Origin: Ascidiella aspersa
Taxonomy: Eukaryota
Assembly (NCBI GenBank): GCA_963924565.1
Contig: OZ004609.1
Coordinates: forward strand, 32,240,001-32,304,000
Length of the DNA: 64,000 nt
Reading direction: 5' to 3'
Both the position numbers and the translations under genes were made by a program. Shown one piece after another: positions 13,101 to 22,600 of this stretch; within the stretch, counting starts at the first letter, position 1, and each line of letters starts with the position of its first letter. The notes below the pieces were generated by a model. The model was not told the DNA's origin, ran no database searches, and worked only from the letters and a program-made list of their open reading frames with translations.

Positions 13101-15096
13101 ATGTACACAACTAACTCAGTGAGTGGAATTGAAAACCAATTATTATTCTTGTGTACGGCAGTAACCTCACTGTTCTAAAGTTGTAACTTGACCAGCTACA
13201 ATAGCACACTTATTAATGGTAGTCAAACATACAAATTATAAATTTTGTAGCATTTCAAAACCTGAATTTTTACATTTTGAAGTTAGGCTGTGCTAAAGCT
13301 TTTCAACATTAAAACACAAGTTATGACAGTGACACATGATTTTAGGCATTTATATGAAATAAATATCAACCAACATTAACAACACTATGTACTATTGTTA
13401 TAATCGGTTAGTACATCTTAATAAGTGTCAGTTTACTTTTGTACATGATTATTTAAGTGTTTTGAGTAAATTTCAAAACAGGAATGGCATCCAATAGGAA
13501 CCAAAGCAAAACATTCATATAAAAAGGATTATAAGTTGATACCAGTCATTCAATACATTTGAAATTTATTTGTTTCTAGTATTTCACTTATACCTGGTCG
13601 GCTAAATAATAACACATTCGCAGCATCAAAGTTATATTTTATTTACACGACTACAAGATGTGTATATTGCATGACAGCACAAATATAGTTAAATTGCTTT
13701 GACAAACAACAAGCATTAAAACAACCCCAGAAAAAAAAAGTATGTAAATCAACAAGCAATGGTTACCTTATTCTTTCAAGAGATTTGCAATGTGATCTCA
13801 GAGTGTCTGGACTGCCGTCGCGTCTCTTTGCTTTGCCAGAATCAATCTTTGATGGAACTCGGCTGTATGGCGTGTTCCGCTTGCCTTGCGAGTGCATCTG
13901 CTGTTGGGTGACCTGAAGCTACAAGAAAAACAAAAAATATATTAAGCTACAAGAAAAAAAAATATATATAGGAATATTTTTTAAATACAAAATATTCGGG
14001 GTGTTAAATCCCAGGCATTTTTCAACATGTGACCAAAATAAAATTCTTAGTCAGTATAAGACAAGTATCCAACAGGCTATTAAGTTTTGATTTTAAACTT
14101 AAATTAGGTTGGATAACATAGAATAAGAAAAAATAATACTTTGCGTTCAGGTCAAAAATTTATTTTAACTTTTATTACTAGATTGCAATATTGGTTCTAA
14201 AAGTAGTAACCTTTTTCTACTAAACTTTATTGTGTGCAGAATTCTAATGATGCAATATTAACTAAACAGTGCAAATACCTTTTGTTTTAGCAGCTCGTTT
14301 TCCTTGTTGAGCTGCCTGATTACATCCTGTTGGTTTTCAATTGTTTCCTCCAAGCTTACATCTCTAGCTGTTCGTCTTGCCGCTAAAATTTGTAAAAGTT
14401 GCATAATAAAATATGTATATACATATATAACTAATGATACTATTGATACGGAAAGCCGTAATCGTTGGTCATAAAGCAACTTCCGAGTGGCTAGATCACA
14501 GATGTGATTAAACACATATGTTTGTGTGTCTTTCAATCATTCATTAATAACTAATAATAGTTACGTTATTGCTATTAGAGGATGAAAATCTTTGATGTGA
14601 GTTATAATTAATGTTAATAAAATCCTACTTAATAGAAACGCTATATATATTAATTAAATAAAACAATTTTATTTAGAAATCGGCTCACATGTCCCCTGGG
14701 CAACTTGTTTCTTTCTGTCATTGACTAATCGGATAAGTTTTGTTGCCATTCTGTAGAAAATGATGAAAAAGTTATAATTTGTGCATGCATAAAAAGTTAC
14801 AAACAAATTAAAAAATTATAACATTTAACTTAGGACACAAATTAACAAAATACCTCTTTTCGTCATCTATGAATTTAAACTATAACTGCAAATAGTTTTA
14901 CTTTGCAATTATGTTACACAAAAACAAAATGTGTTATTAAGTTATATTTTTACTTTTTGATTTTTTCTTCTTGTTTTCGTCCATGGGCTTTTAGGATTGC
15001 ATTTTCTTCAAGAATCCGAAGATGTTGATCTTCCAATTCACTTCTTTCCATTCTGGCGACCATCGCACGTTTTTGAGCTTCTTGACGGCTCGTCAT
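1055..15096 (-). CDS. RPGRIP1L: RPGRIP1L / fantom (MKS5/NPHP8) ortholog; spliced, 21 coding exons in window, 3' part beyond window start
   Basis: Phase-consistent GT-AG exon chain of 2598 nt (866 codons). Motifs match recalled human RPGRIP1L: [122 protein letters not shown]. Confidence 0.96.
1198..1600 (+). mobile_element. 5'-truncated Penelope-like retroelement fragment (end of GIY-YIG endonuclease ORF plus terminal repeat region)
   Basis: ORF 1201-1386 ([10 protein letters not shown]...[19 protein letters not shown]...MN...Y) resembles the C-terminus of the Penelope GIY-YIG domain. It is followed by a T-rich spacer and a hammerhead core. The right boundary is approximate. Confidence 0.8.
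1488..1532 (+). ncRNA. Minimal hammerhead ribozyme (Penelope type)
   Basis: CTGACGA at 1493-1499, extra A, stem II GGCGGCTT-GTAT-AGGTTGCC, then GAAAC, palindromic AACGTT as minimal stem III, and ACC/GGT as stem I. Confidence 0.75.
1783..1852. repeat. GGAGTCGG-reiterating MITE fragment
   Basis: CAGTG start followed by repeated GAGTC/GACTC motifs. Confidence 0.45.
2166..2320 (-). CDS. RPGRIP1L: RPGRIP1L exon 20 (second C2: [18 protein letters not shown]...LDSYLKSE)
   Basis: ggttag acceptor, GTGCGA donor; phase 1-0. Confidence 0.95.
2937..3105 (-). CDS. RPGRIP1L: RPGRIP1L exon 19 ([10 protein letters not shown]...[13 protein letters not shown])
   Basis: gttccag acceptor, GTAACT donor; phase 0-1. 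Confidence 0.94.
3290..3412 (-). mobile_element. tRNA-derived SINE-like fragment
   Basis: Minus strand has an A-box-like GGGTCAGTCGACAGAG followed by B box GTTCGAATC (3357-3365); no full cloverleaf. Confidence 0.4.
3498..3580 (-). CDS. RPGRIP1L: RPGRIP1L exon 18 ([23 protein letters not shown])
   Basis: atttcag acceptor, GTATGT donor; phase 1-0. Confidence 0.95.
3688..3817 (-). CDS. RPGRIP1L: RPGRIP1L exon 17 ([21 protein letters not shown]...)
   Basis: atgtag acceptor, GTACGC donor; phase 0-1. Confidence 0.93.
4149..4218 (-). CDS. RPGRIP1L: RPGRIP1L exon 16 ([23 protein letters not shown])
   Basis: cccacag acceptor, GTATTT donor; phase 2-0. Confidence 0.93.
4667..4753 (+). repeat. Minisatellite, 20-bp unit x4.3
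   Basis: GGTAAAAAGGGTTTAACAGG repeated, one substitution. Confidence 0.95.
4888..5081 (-). CDS. RPGRIP1L: RPGRIP1L exon 15 (start of first C2 domain, [13 protein letters not shown]...YAFYDYE)
   Basis: tctttccag acceptor, GTGAGA donor; phase 0-2. Confidence 0.95.
5101..5114. promoter_or_regulatory. Candidate RFX X-box
   Basis: GTTGTTATGGCAAC fits GTHNYY-AT-RRNAAC; inside a ciliary gene. Confidence 0.35.
5244..5526. mobile_element. Non-autonomous hAT (Charlie-like) MITE, family A
   Basis: TIRs CAGTGCTTCTCAACC / GGTTGATAAGCACTG; flanks GTTCAACT / GTTTAACT (7/8 TSD). Confidence 0.8.
6248..6316 (-). CDS. RPGRIP1L: RPGRIP1L exon 14 ([23 protein letters not shown])
   Basis: gtttcag acceptor, GTAAGT donor; matches human KLEAQLKDIAYGTKQ. 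Confidence 0.94.
6589..6852. mobile_element. hAT MITE
   Basis: CAGG...CCTG ends; perfect 8-bp TSD GTTTAGGT. Confidence 0.75.
6994..7095 (-). CDS. RPGRIP1L: RPGRIP1L exon 13 (VDSV...[10 protein letters not shown])
   Basis: cctcag acceptor, GTTCGT donor; phase 0-0. Confidence 0.92.
7655..7773 (-). CDS. RPGRIP1L: RPGRIP1L exon 12 ([28 protein letters not shown])
   Basis: ctttgcag acceptor, GTTTGT donor; highly conserved family motif. Confidence 0.95.
8797..8916 (-). CDS. RPGRIP1L: RPGRIP1L exon 11 ([16 protein letters not shown]...PDFLQNVD)
   Basis: gcacag acceptor, GTAATT donor; phase 1-1. Confidence 0.9.
9513..9623 (-). CDS. RPGRIP1L: RPGRIP1L exon 10 (FASRLHSDS...ERLRIYSMS)
   Basis: tttgcag acceptor, GTAAAA donor; phase 1-1. 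Confidence 0.88.
10506..10645 (-). CDS. RPGRIP1L: RPGRIP1L exon 9 ([31 protein letters not shown]...)
   Basis: Atypical gtgaag acceptor required by phase and homology; GTGCGT donor; phase 2-1. Confidence 0.88.
10658..10738 (+). repeat. Tandem repeat, about 26-bp unit x3
   Basis: ATAGTTTGTTAGTTTGTGTAACCAA repeated. Confidence 0.93.
11203..11321 (-). CDS. RPGRIP1L: RPGRIP1L exon 8 (NQLKQGG...[20 protein letters not shown])
   Basis: gattag acceptor, GTTCGT donor; phase 0-2. Confidence 0.9.
11943..12063 (-). CDS. RPGRIP1L: RPGRIP1L exon 7 ([14 protein letters not shown]...)
   Basis: tatttag acceptor, GTCCGT donor; phase 2-0. Confidence 0.9.
12281..12425 (-). CDS. RPGRIP1L: RPGRIP1L exon 6 (...[30 protein letters not shown])
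   Basis: caccag acceptor, GTACAC donor; phase 1-2. Confidence 0.88.
12902..13065 (-). CDS. RPGRIP1L: RPGRIP1L exon 5 (...[13 protein letters not shown]...)
   Basis: tcgctcag acceptor, GTGAGT donor; phase 2-1. Confidence 0.92.
13767..13918 (-). CDS. RPGRIP1L: RPGRIP1L exon 4 ([28 protein letters not shown]...)
   Basis: tcttgtag acceptor, GTAACC donor; phase 0-2; aligns to human QGYRQTPYNNVQSRINTG. Confidence 0.9.
14279..14382 (-). CDS. RPGRIP1L: RPGRIP1L exon 3 ([15 protein letters not shown]...LKQK)
   Basis: ttttag acceptor, GTATTT donor; phase 1-0. Confidence 0.9.
14460..14533 (+). repeat. Dispersed repeat of about 75 bp (second copy 20959-21035)
   Basis: aatcgttggtca...aagca.cttccgag.ggctagatca...aaacacatatgt.tgtgtg shared by both loci. 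Confidence 0.7.
14689..14750 (-). CDS. RPGRIP1L: RPGRIP1L exon 2 ([20 protein letters not shown])
   Basis: ttttctacag acceptor, GTGAGC donor; phase 2-1. Confidence 0.92.
14954..15096 (-). CDS. RPGRIP1L: RPGRIP1L coding exon 1 ([10 protein letters not shown]...QEEKIK); start codon tentative
   Basis: ATG at 15096; donor AA|GTAAAA; resembles human MKSRQ...ELEDRFLRL. Confidence 0.85.
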
Positions 15097-15597
15097 TGTG
15101 ATATATATTTTTTTCTTTCGTTTATTTGGTCCCAAAAGGTTTTCATGTATATTTCCCTCAGACTACTTCTTATACAATATTCAGTCATTGGACTTCTGTT
15201 GCATGATTCAGATGAACCATGCTCAGATACTAGACTGTGCACAGAAAATCTTAAATTTACAAAAGCATAAACATGACATTGCATAGTGCTCCACGCTCAA
15301 TATTTCAACAAAAAATGCCATGAAATACATAATGACCTTACAGCAGTGATTATCAAATTGTGTGCAACGGCAAGTCTGCAGTCTGTTGCTTTTCACATTA
15401 AATATTACATTGCAACATAAATGTCCAAAAAAAAGGTTGAGTGGTGGTAGGATTCCATAACTGAGGTGTGCACACCACAAAATTTGGCGCTGAATATTCA
15501 AGATATATGCAAAAAGTGTCTTAAAATGCAGACTGGCATACATTTTATTAGATAATTGATAAATTCTATTAGATAACTGATCTGTATTGCCTTAATA

Positions 15598-15898
15598 CAG
15601 TGGTTCTTAACCAGGGTTCGACGCAGCTTTTTCAAGCGTTTGGCGAAAACGTCCTCTGAAACATAAATGCTGTTATTTCAAGCTAAATTTGAATCTCTTA
15701 TGCGCCAAGGTGTCATGTAACATTATAAATTGAAAGTTTGGGCAATTTAATCTATGTAAATGCAATTTTATAATTTGAATATGCCCGGTTGCAGCTGCTA
15801 TGAGGACGAAACGAATACTGAAAACTTTGTGCTCGACGAACGTGAATATCATATAGGGGTTCGCCAATCGACAGGTTACCAAAGGTTAAGAACCACTG
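15598..15898. mobile_element. hAT MITE upstream of the RPGRIP1L start
   Basis: Perfect 15-bp TIR CAGTGGTTCTTAACC; flanks CCTTAATA / CCTTCATA. Confidence 0.85.
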
Positions 15899-16579
15899 CC
15901 TTCATAGATAACTAATGTCTTGCAGTGTATTGTGTAATAATACCTGAAATATGCAAGTTTAAATTATTTCTAAGCATGTTTTTAGAAAGTGTGCCGCATT
16001 TCAAGTGCGCCACAAGCTAAAAAAGTTCAAAATAACTTGTTTACAGCCTTTAACAACTATTTAATTTCATAAAAGTGTCTTGTTCATGTCTAGCGGTTAA
16101 TAAAACCTTGGTCTGGATTAATTTTCGTTGTCAGGAGTACCAAAATGGTTTTGTTTATGACAAATACAACTCACAAAGAGTTTTAAGAACAGCGTTAATT
16201 GATTTAAAATACGTGGTAACGGAACGCTGGAATTTTGTAAACAAACCACTATTCAGGTAGTAGTATCATAGATCGCATCAGTCGTATCCAATTCGGCACC
16301 AATACTAGTCATTTTGTTAATAAATTTATAGAAAATTTTGGTTTAATCACATCATTAAAATTACACCAGTGATATTAGGTGTGCTACAGCAGAACCTCAA
16401 CGACTTTTTTTTAATGAACCTAACCTTTTTGACTATTTTATCCTCTTTTTTTTTTACTTTATTTTAACAGGAATGTCAGCAATGGGCCCACCCAACCGCA
16501 ATGTCTTATTTTCATGTTTATGAGATTACTGAATATAAAAGAGCATACAAATACTTTACAAGATGACACATTAAAGAAG

Positions 16580-16970
16580 GATATCCGGTGGCATTGGGTA
16601 TCCGCTCCGTTCCGAATTTAAGTGGCCGTATTGGTGCTCTTCCGATACCCGGGTGGTGTCAGTGCTAACCCAGTTACACTTATTTCAGCCTGGTTTTGAA
16701 TCCTGTGTCGAGTTTTCTACTTCAAAAGGTGAATTTCTGAGAAAGTGCTACATTAAAGTATTTTTGAGATAAATAGGCGTCTAGGCGCAAAAAGAAAACT
16801 TCTGGCTAATATGCTGAAAATTGTAACCAATCCACTTTTCAATTAGATCTAATTTGCTTATTCGCCAATAGTGCTAATATCATTTGGTATGGGATCAGAT
16901 CTCGGTACTTTTTCCCCCGAAAATATATCGGGCGTCGGTATCGAAAATCAAGTATCGCGCGTCCCTATGC
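16580..16970. repeat. (G)TATCGG/CCGATA-motif dispersed repeat fragments
   Basis: Clusters of GTATCG/CCGATAC motifs; similar clusters near 480-570, 30570-30660, 60635-60940 and 63845-63915. Confidence 0.45.
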
Positions 16971-17177
16971 AAAACAAACAGACATGTTTAACAGTAGATT
17001 CTACCTTTGAGCGTTTTTTTTCTGGAAAGGCTAAAAAACTTGCGTAAAAGCTAAACCTTTAAAATTACAAATGCTCTAATTCCAAGCCTTTTAGACATGT
17101 GTGGGATGCATACATCAAAAATCTGAGATAAGCCTATATACTATAATTACAACACACAATTGGAATATTACGAATTT

Positions 17178-17183
17178 TTTATT
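17178..17183 (-). terminator. Candidate CRIM1 polyadenylation signal
   Basis: AATAAA on minus strand at the end of a U-rich UTR-like stretch, followed by GT-rich TTGTGTGTTGT; other AATAAA sites near 17493 and 17663. Confidence 0.35.
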
Positions 17184-18407
17184 TGTTTCAATGCATTGAC
17201 CGCCAGCACGTGATAGCGACAGAGACGTACCCGACAGATACGCTCTTTTTTGTGAGAAAAAAAACATTATTTGGCAAAAAGTCACAAAACCTGGAAATCT
17301 ACAAGTAACCAAATAATCCGTGTCAGGACAAATGCGCGCGCGATCAGAAACGAGAGAAAAACGCAACAAGGATAAAGAGAAAAACAACTTTTGGAACGCA
17401 AGCAACAAGAAAAAAAGCACGGAAATTGTTTGTTACGGCATCAAGCACGCAGCAAATATAGGGAAGCAAAATATAAGCGAAGAAAATCGAAGCTTTATTT
17501 CGTTTTTTTTTAACAATAAATACGGTTTTGTACCATTAGGTATTTTGCAGACAAAATATAGAAAATTTACATTTTTTTTGCTGCTATGCTTTTTATAGGC
17601 GTAAAACTTATCGTGGGCCACTAATGTTAATTTTTTCTAGAATTTATAAAACCAAAATTGTATTTATTTGGGGGGGGGAAGGACTTTTTTGTTGGTAGGG
17701 TTAGAAGAGCAAAAGAGAAGAACAAGATCTATTGTCACAGTGCATAAAAAACAATCAGGATATTTAGACGCGTTTCGTTTTTGATAAAATATAATTTTTC
17801 TTTTCGGTGCTAAACTTTTTCCCGCGCGTTAAACGTATCAGCGGGGATAAAAAAACTGCATTTTCCGGGTCTGTTGTTATTTCGAAATGCCGAAGCCGAA
17901 ACACGGCGACTTCGCGGATATTGGCGACACCTTGCGGAAGCGAAACATAACGATTTGTTGACATCAGGCGGCGCCAGGGAGTTAACACATGGGCAACAAT
18001 GCGAAACACTCGAATAGGCAAAAAGATCAGCAACAGAAAAGAAATCGTCAACGACATAAAAAAAAAACAACAACAAACATAACAACAACGACGATGAAAA
18101 AAAAGAGAAAAAAAACGTATCCTATGCCTAAGGTTTATAAATAGCTATTTAATAAGGCACTGCAAAAACGCAAAAGAAGTAAATCGTTCACGCCAGAGCT
18201 GGTTCTCTCGTCTATACACCTGCGCACAAAACGGGCTTCGGTTCCACTACGAACAAAACACAATAACGCTAACATGAAAAATCCGTTAAAGCTTTGCAAC
18301 AAACGATTTAATGTCTTTCCAAAGTTTCTGCAAAGATCGGAGTCGGTCGTATAGATAGATCTCTGGTGCAACAACGGGAAGATTATACGAAAGGATGACA
18401 ATTTGGT

Positions 18408-18423
18408 CCACTAGGGGGCGATA
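18408..18423 (+). promoter_or_regulatory. Candidate CTCF site
   Basis: CCACTAGGGGGCG matches the CTCF core consensus; lies between the two genes. Confidence 0.5.
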
Positions 18424-19506
18424 CCGCTACGCGTTACGGGTTTCAAAACCGGCGACTTCACCCGCCGGATTGCCGTTTGGTCAGACGCCCAAAAAACAAG
18501 GTAAGGAACTAAATTGCGCCGACTCCGCGTCCGCTATGCCGAGCAGATAGACCTTGAAATGTTCAGAGAATCTGCGCTTGGCGATAAGCGACGCGAAAAC
18601 GACGCGCTAATGTGACGTGGTCAGAGAGGGAAAGGATAGAAATCGTACAAAAAAATCGAAAGCGGACAGGAAAACGGTAAGATGGCGCGGCTACGTGATT
18701 CTGTCGCAGGGGGTGGAAGGGGAGGGGGTAAATAATGCGCAAGCTCGTCTGTACAAGCACAAGTGCAGGGACGCTGTGAAAAACGCAATAGTTTTTTCTT
18801 GTTAAATAAATTTGCCACCATGTAAGACAGGAGTTTTCAAGTTTAGATGAGCCATAGAGGAAATTCGACTTAATGAATATGTTTTTTTATGTAAAAAGCG
18901 ATATCTTTTTTTAATTCGACATTAACAAAAGTGGTTCCTTATGTAAAAAGTCAGTCTTCGAGTTGCTATGCCTGTTTAAACTGCAAATAAACATAAATTT
19001 ACACCCAAATCATTAGGATAAGCATTTTAAACTGCAAATTTAAAAGCCTTTTTCGTCAAAAATGCTATCTAACAATTTTCTTACATTATTTTGCGTGTTT
19101 CAACTACAAATAAATAGTTTTACCCATCAGCTTTCATTTCAAAAGAACTGAACATTTCCAATGTACACGTATCTCAACCGGTTAAAATGCTTCGTGAAGT
19201 TTTAACTCTATTTAAAAAAAGCCCAACTATTTTCTGTGTCTTCCTTTTTGTCGGTTGCTTCCATTCGCGGTCGTGTCATGACGTCACGCCGCCACCCCCA
19301 CGAACAGAAAGAAAAAAAAAGGGCAACGAAAACTAACGACGCAACAAAAGACAATCGCGACTATCACGTCATAGTGACGCTCGTACGGTGTTAATCCCGG
19401 GCTCCAGGTTACGGATGACGTCATAAGACAATTCGTGGAGAAAATGAAAGCACCAATGATGACGTCACACATTGCGTGCTCTCCTCCTCATAGCTCCGGC
19501 GAGAAT

Positions 19507-19626
19507 TCAGACTTGCACGGGCTTGTCGCCCCCCTCCGATGACGTAGAAAGAAGTTTGGACGATGACGTCAGGCGTGACGTACGCTTCGGGGAACTCAGC
19601 GGCCTGGATGAGTCGTCGGTGAAATC
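19507..19626 (-). CDS. CRIM1: CRIM1 last coding exon, Ser-rich cytoplasmic tail ending PVQV*
   Basis: ttcttcacag acceptor, phase 0; 39 codons plus TGA at 19507-19509. Confidence 0.8.
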   Translation of the reverse strand, partial: DFTDDSSRPLSSPKRTSRLTSSSKLLSTSSEGGDKPVQV

Positions 19627-22600
19627 CTGTGAAGAAATTAAAAATAGTTTTAAAAAAAGGAGTTGGGTAGTTGTTCATGATGTGAAATCAATGGTTTGTC
19701 ATTTTTAAATTAAAAGGTATTAAAATATGGCTTTATGTTGCTAGGACATTGACATGAGAAAACAAGTAGAAAACTTTGCAATTGAGGATCACTTAACACG
19801 ATACAGTATATTGGTAACACTGGGTAATGTTACGGGCGACTCTTCACCTAAATAAAGTTGGCGAGTTAGTTGATTATTTGTTCACTTTAATGATGCAATA
19901 GCGAATTTATTTCATACTTAAATTTTTATCTAAATGGAGACACTGTTTGGTGAATCAATATTGTTTGCTGCTTTCCAACAGAGATTTTACAGTTGGTCAC
20001 CCGAAGATTTTTAATGAAAAATAAGTAAAAAACAAACTAGCGTTGACAAATTTTAATTTTCCTCCCAAACGCTTCCATAAAGAAAACAGCGCGACTTTAG
20101 CATTCGTTTCGGCACCTCAATTACCTTCATGCGTCCGTTCACGTGCCGCGTGCATCGCCTTCGCAGGAAAAAGGCGGCGACGAGTCCAGCGGCCAAAATA
20201 AGCACTAGAACTCCAACTCCAATCGCAATCTCAGTCCATCTGCTCTCGGCCGCATTCGGCTCAACTAAGAGCGGGTCTACCTCCTGCCCTGCGCCCATGC
20301 CGCCGTCCACTGCCTCGCACACTGTGCAGCAGCCGTCGTCCGAAGCTACCAGAAGGCCACCGTGGCATGGCGGGATGGTGGGGCACCGTTTGGGGGCGCA
20401 GCTGAGCTGTCCGTCTGTGCATGCGCACCGCTCGCAGCCCTCCCCCTTCCATGAGGCGCCGTCGGGGTACACAACGCCGTTCGGGTCCAGACAGGCTTTG
20501 CGGATTCCGAAGCCTATCGTCGTAGAATTGGTAACTGTTGGTGGAAAATAAGAGAGTTAGAGCTTTGCGTTTTGTAAATACGATTTGCTCAACAATTGGC
20601 TTTAGTTCATATCTTGGAAGAACTGAGATTTGAAGTTGTATATTTCGCGTACATTTTGCACCGCTATCAATTTGTGTCGCATCTGAATATACAGATGTGT
20701 ACGACTGTACGACACGTGTATGCTGGTCAGCGTTTGTGAAATGCCATAATTTTAGGTCGACAAGTTACTCATAGAAAACCCTGTATGTTTTAACTGTTTG
20801 TTTATTACGTGTTCCTTGAACTTCTAGTTACCAGATAATTTTACCATTTATTTTCATAACTCGAATTTCAAAGCATAAAGCAGTTTGTAGTTAGATGTAG
20901 AATGAATATCAAAGCCCGTACAGAAATATAGGTAGCCTATATTAAACGTGTCACGTAAAATCGTTGGTCAACAAGCAGCTTCCGAGGGGCTAGATCAACG
21001 TTGTTATTAAAACACATATGTGTGTGTGTGTCTTTTATTGTCAAGTAAAACTGTGTTTATTTTCAACAAATATGTTTCGAAAAAATCTCTAAACAGAACT
21101 AGTTATTTCCCGATCCACACTTAAGTAATATTTTATATATCAGTGACCCTAAAATCATGTTGTTTTTGAACGGAACATCTATTCCATTGGTTCCCAACCG
21201 GAGTGCCGTTTAGAATAAAGAGTTGATTGTGTGTTGATTTAATTCTGTTCAATGCGGCATCACACAAAATAACTCAGCGGAAACGCTAGTTAAGTTTGCT
21301 GCAATTTATTTACCCTTCATTGTGCCATTAAAACAATGGGTTGTAAACCACTAATCTATCCCATCATATAGTTGTCTAATCCAAACACAATCGCAACACA
21401 CTTCACGCCTCAGTGGCAAGTCGTGCGTTCAGAACAAACGAACGTTATGCAATCCCCTCAAACCACAACCTAAAGGATTACACTCACCCAAGCACGAACT
21501 GCAGCACTCTCCGTGACGTAACACTGGCTTGTCACAATGCTCCATTGTCGGGCAAGTCCGGTCCACGCACCTGTCAATCAAAGCCGATTGATAAGGTTAA
21601 TTAATTCGCAGATAAGCGAGCGAAGATACGTAAACGCTAATTCTCACGGCCCAGGCGATATGTAATGCGACACCTTTGAAACGCTTCCCAGAGTAGGATT
21701 ACGTATCGTTTTCAACGCCCTTGGGTATTTTTGTTATTGTGGATATATAAGGGGTTGATTTGTTGGGCGAAAATTGGCCCAATCTAATTTTTTAACGTTT
21801 GACTGCCAACATTTTTTGGGCTATTTTAATCTATTGTATCTAAGTCTTAACAATTGTAATTAATCAATAATTATATCAATCAAATTTGCAAAAAAAATGA
21901 AAACACGTTTCATCTTCCATGTCACGAGCCAAATAGTTTGTATTACACAACAATGTTTCAAAAAAGGTTGAAAGCAAAATACTGCCGATAATGTAAAAAT
22001 CGTCGAAATAAAACAACGTTTTTCGGCCTATTGTGATGTATAAATGCAACAAAATCATTTAAAGGCGGACACAATAGAGCCAAGGCTCAACTAATAATCT
22101 TGGAATAATTAAAAGTTGGATGGAGCTTAATCAGGCTTTAGGAGGGCGATAAATCATTAAAAGTTTGAGGGAGCTAAGAAATCCCACGCGTTTTTCACGC
22201 CTCTTATCGGAAACGCAAACAAAGGCGACACTGTGCATCGTTTTTACGGCATAGATACGGTAACCGAAAGGCTTTGGGAGAATCGTTCTGCTCACCTGAA
22301 GTCGCCGTTCTCGCACACGCAATTGGTGCACGCGTCTTTCTGCCACGTCACGCCGCTTTTGATGACGTCATTCGAAGGTGTCCGACAGGCCTTGATGCCG
22401 TGCACAATCCTAGGTTCTGCGAAATTAGAATTTAACCACATTATTTTGCGGTTTAATACAGTTTGTGTCCGTTAAAGTTTTATTGCTATTAATTATTTGG
22501 ACAATTTTCAAGTGGGAAATAAATTTAAAACCAAGATTTTATAACGAAATCCAAACAGTTAGAAATTCCTTTGAACAGTGCTTTTTAAAAGTCGATAATT

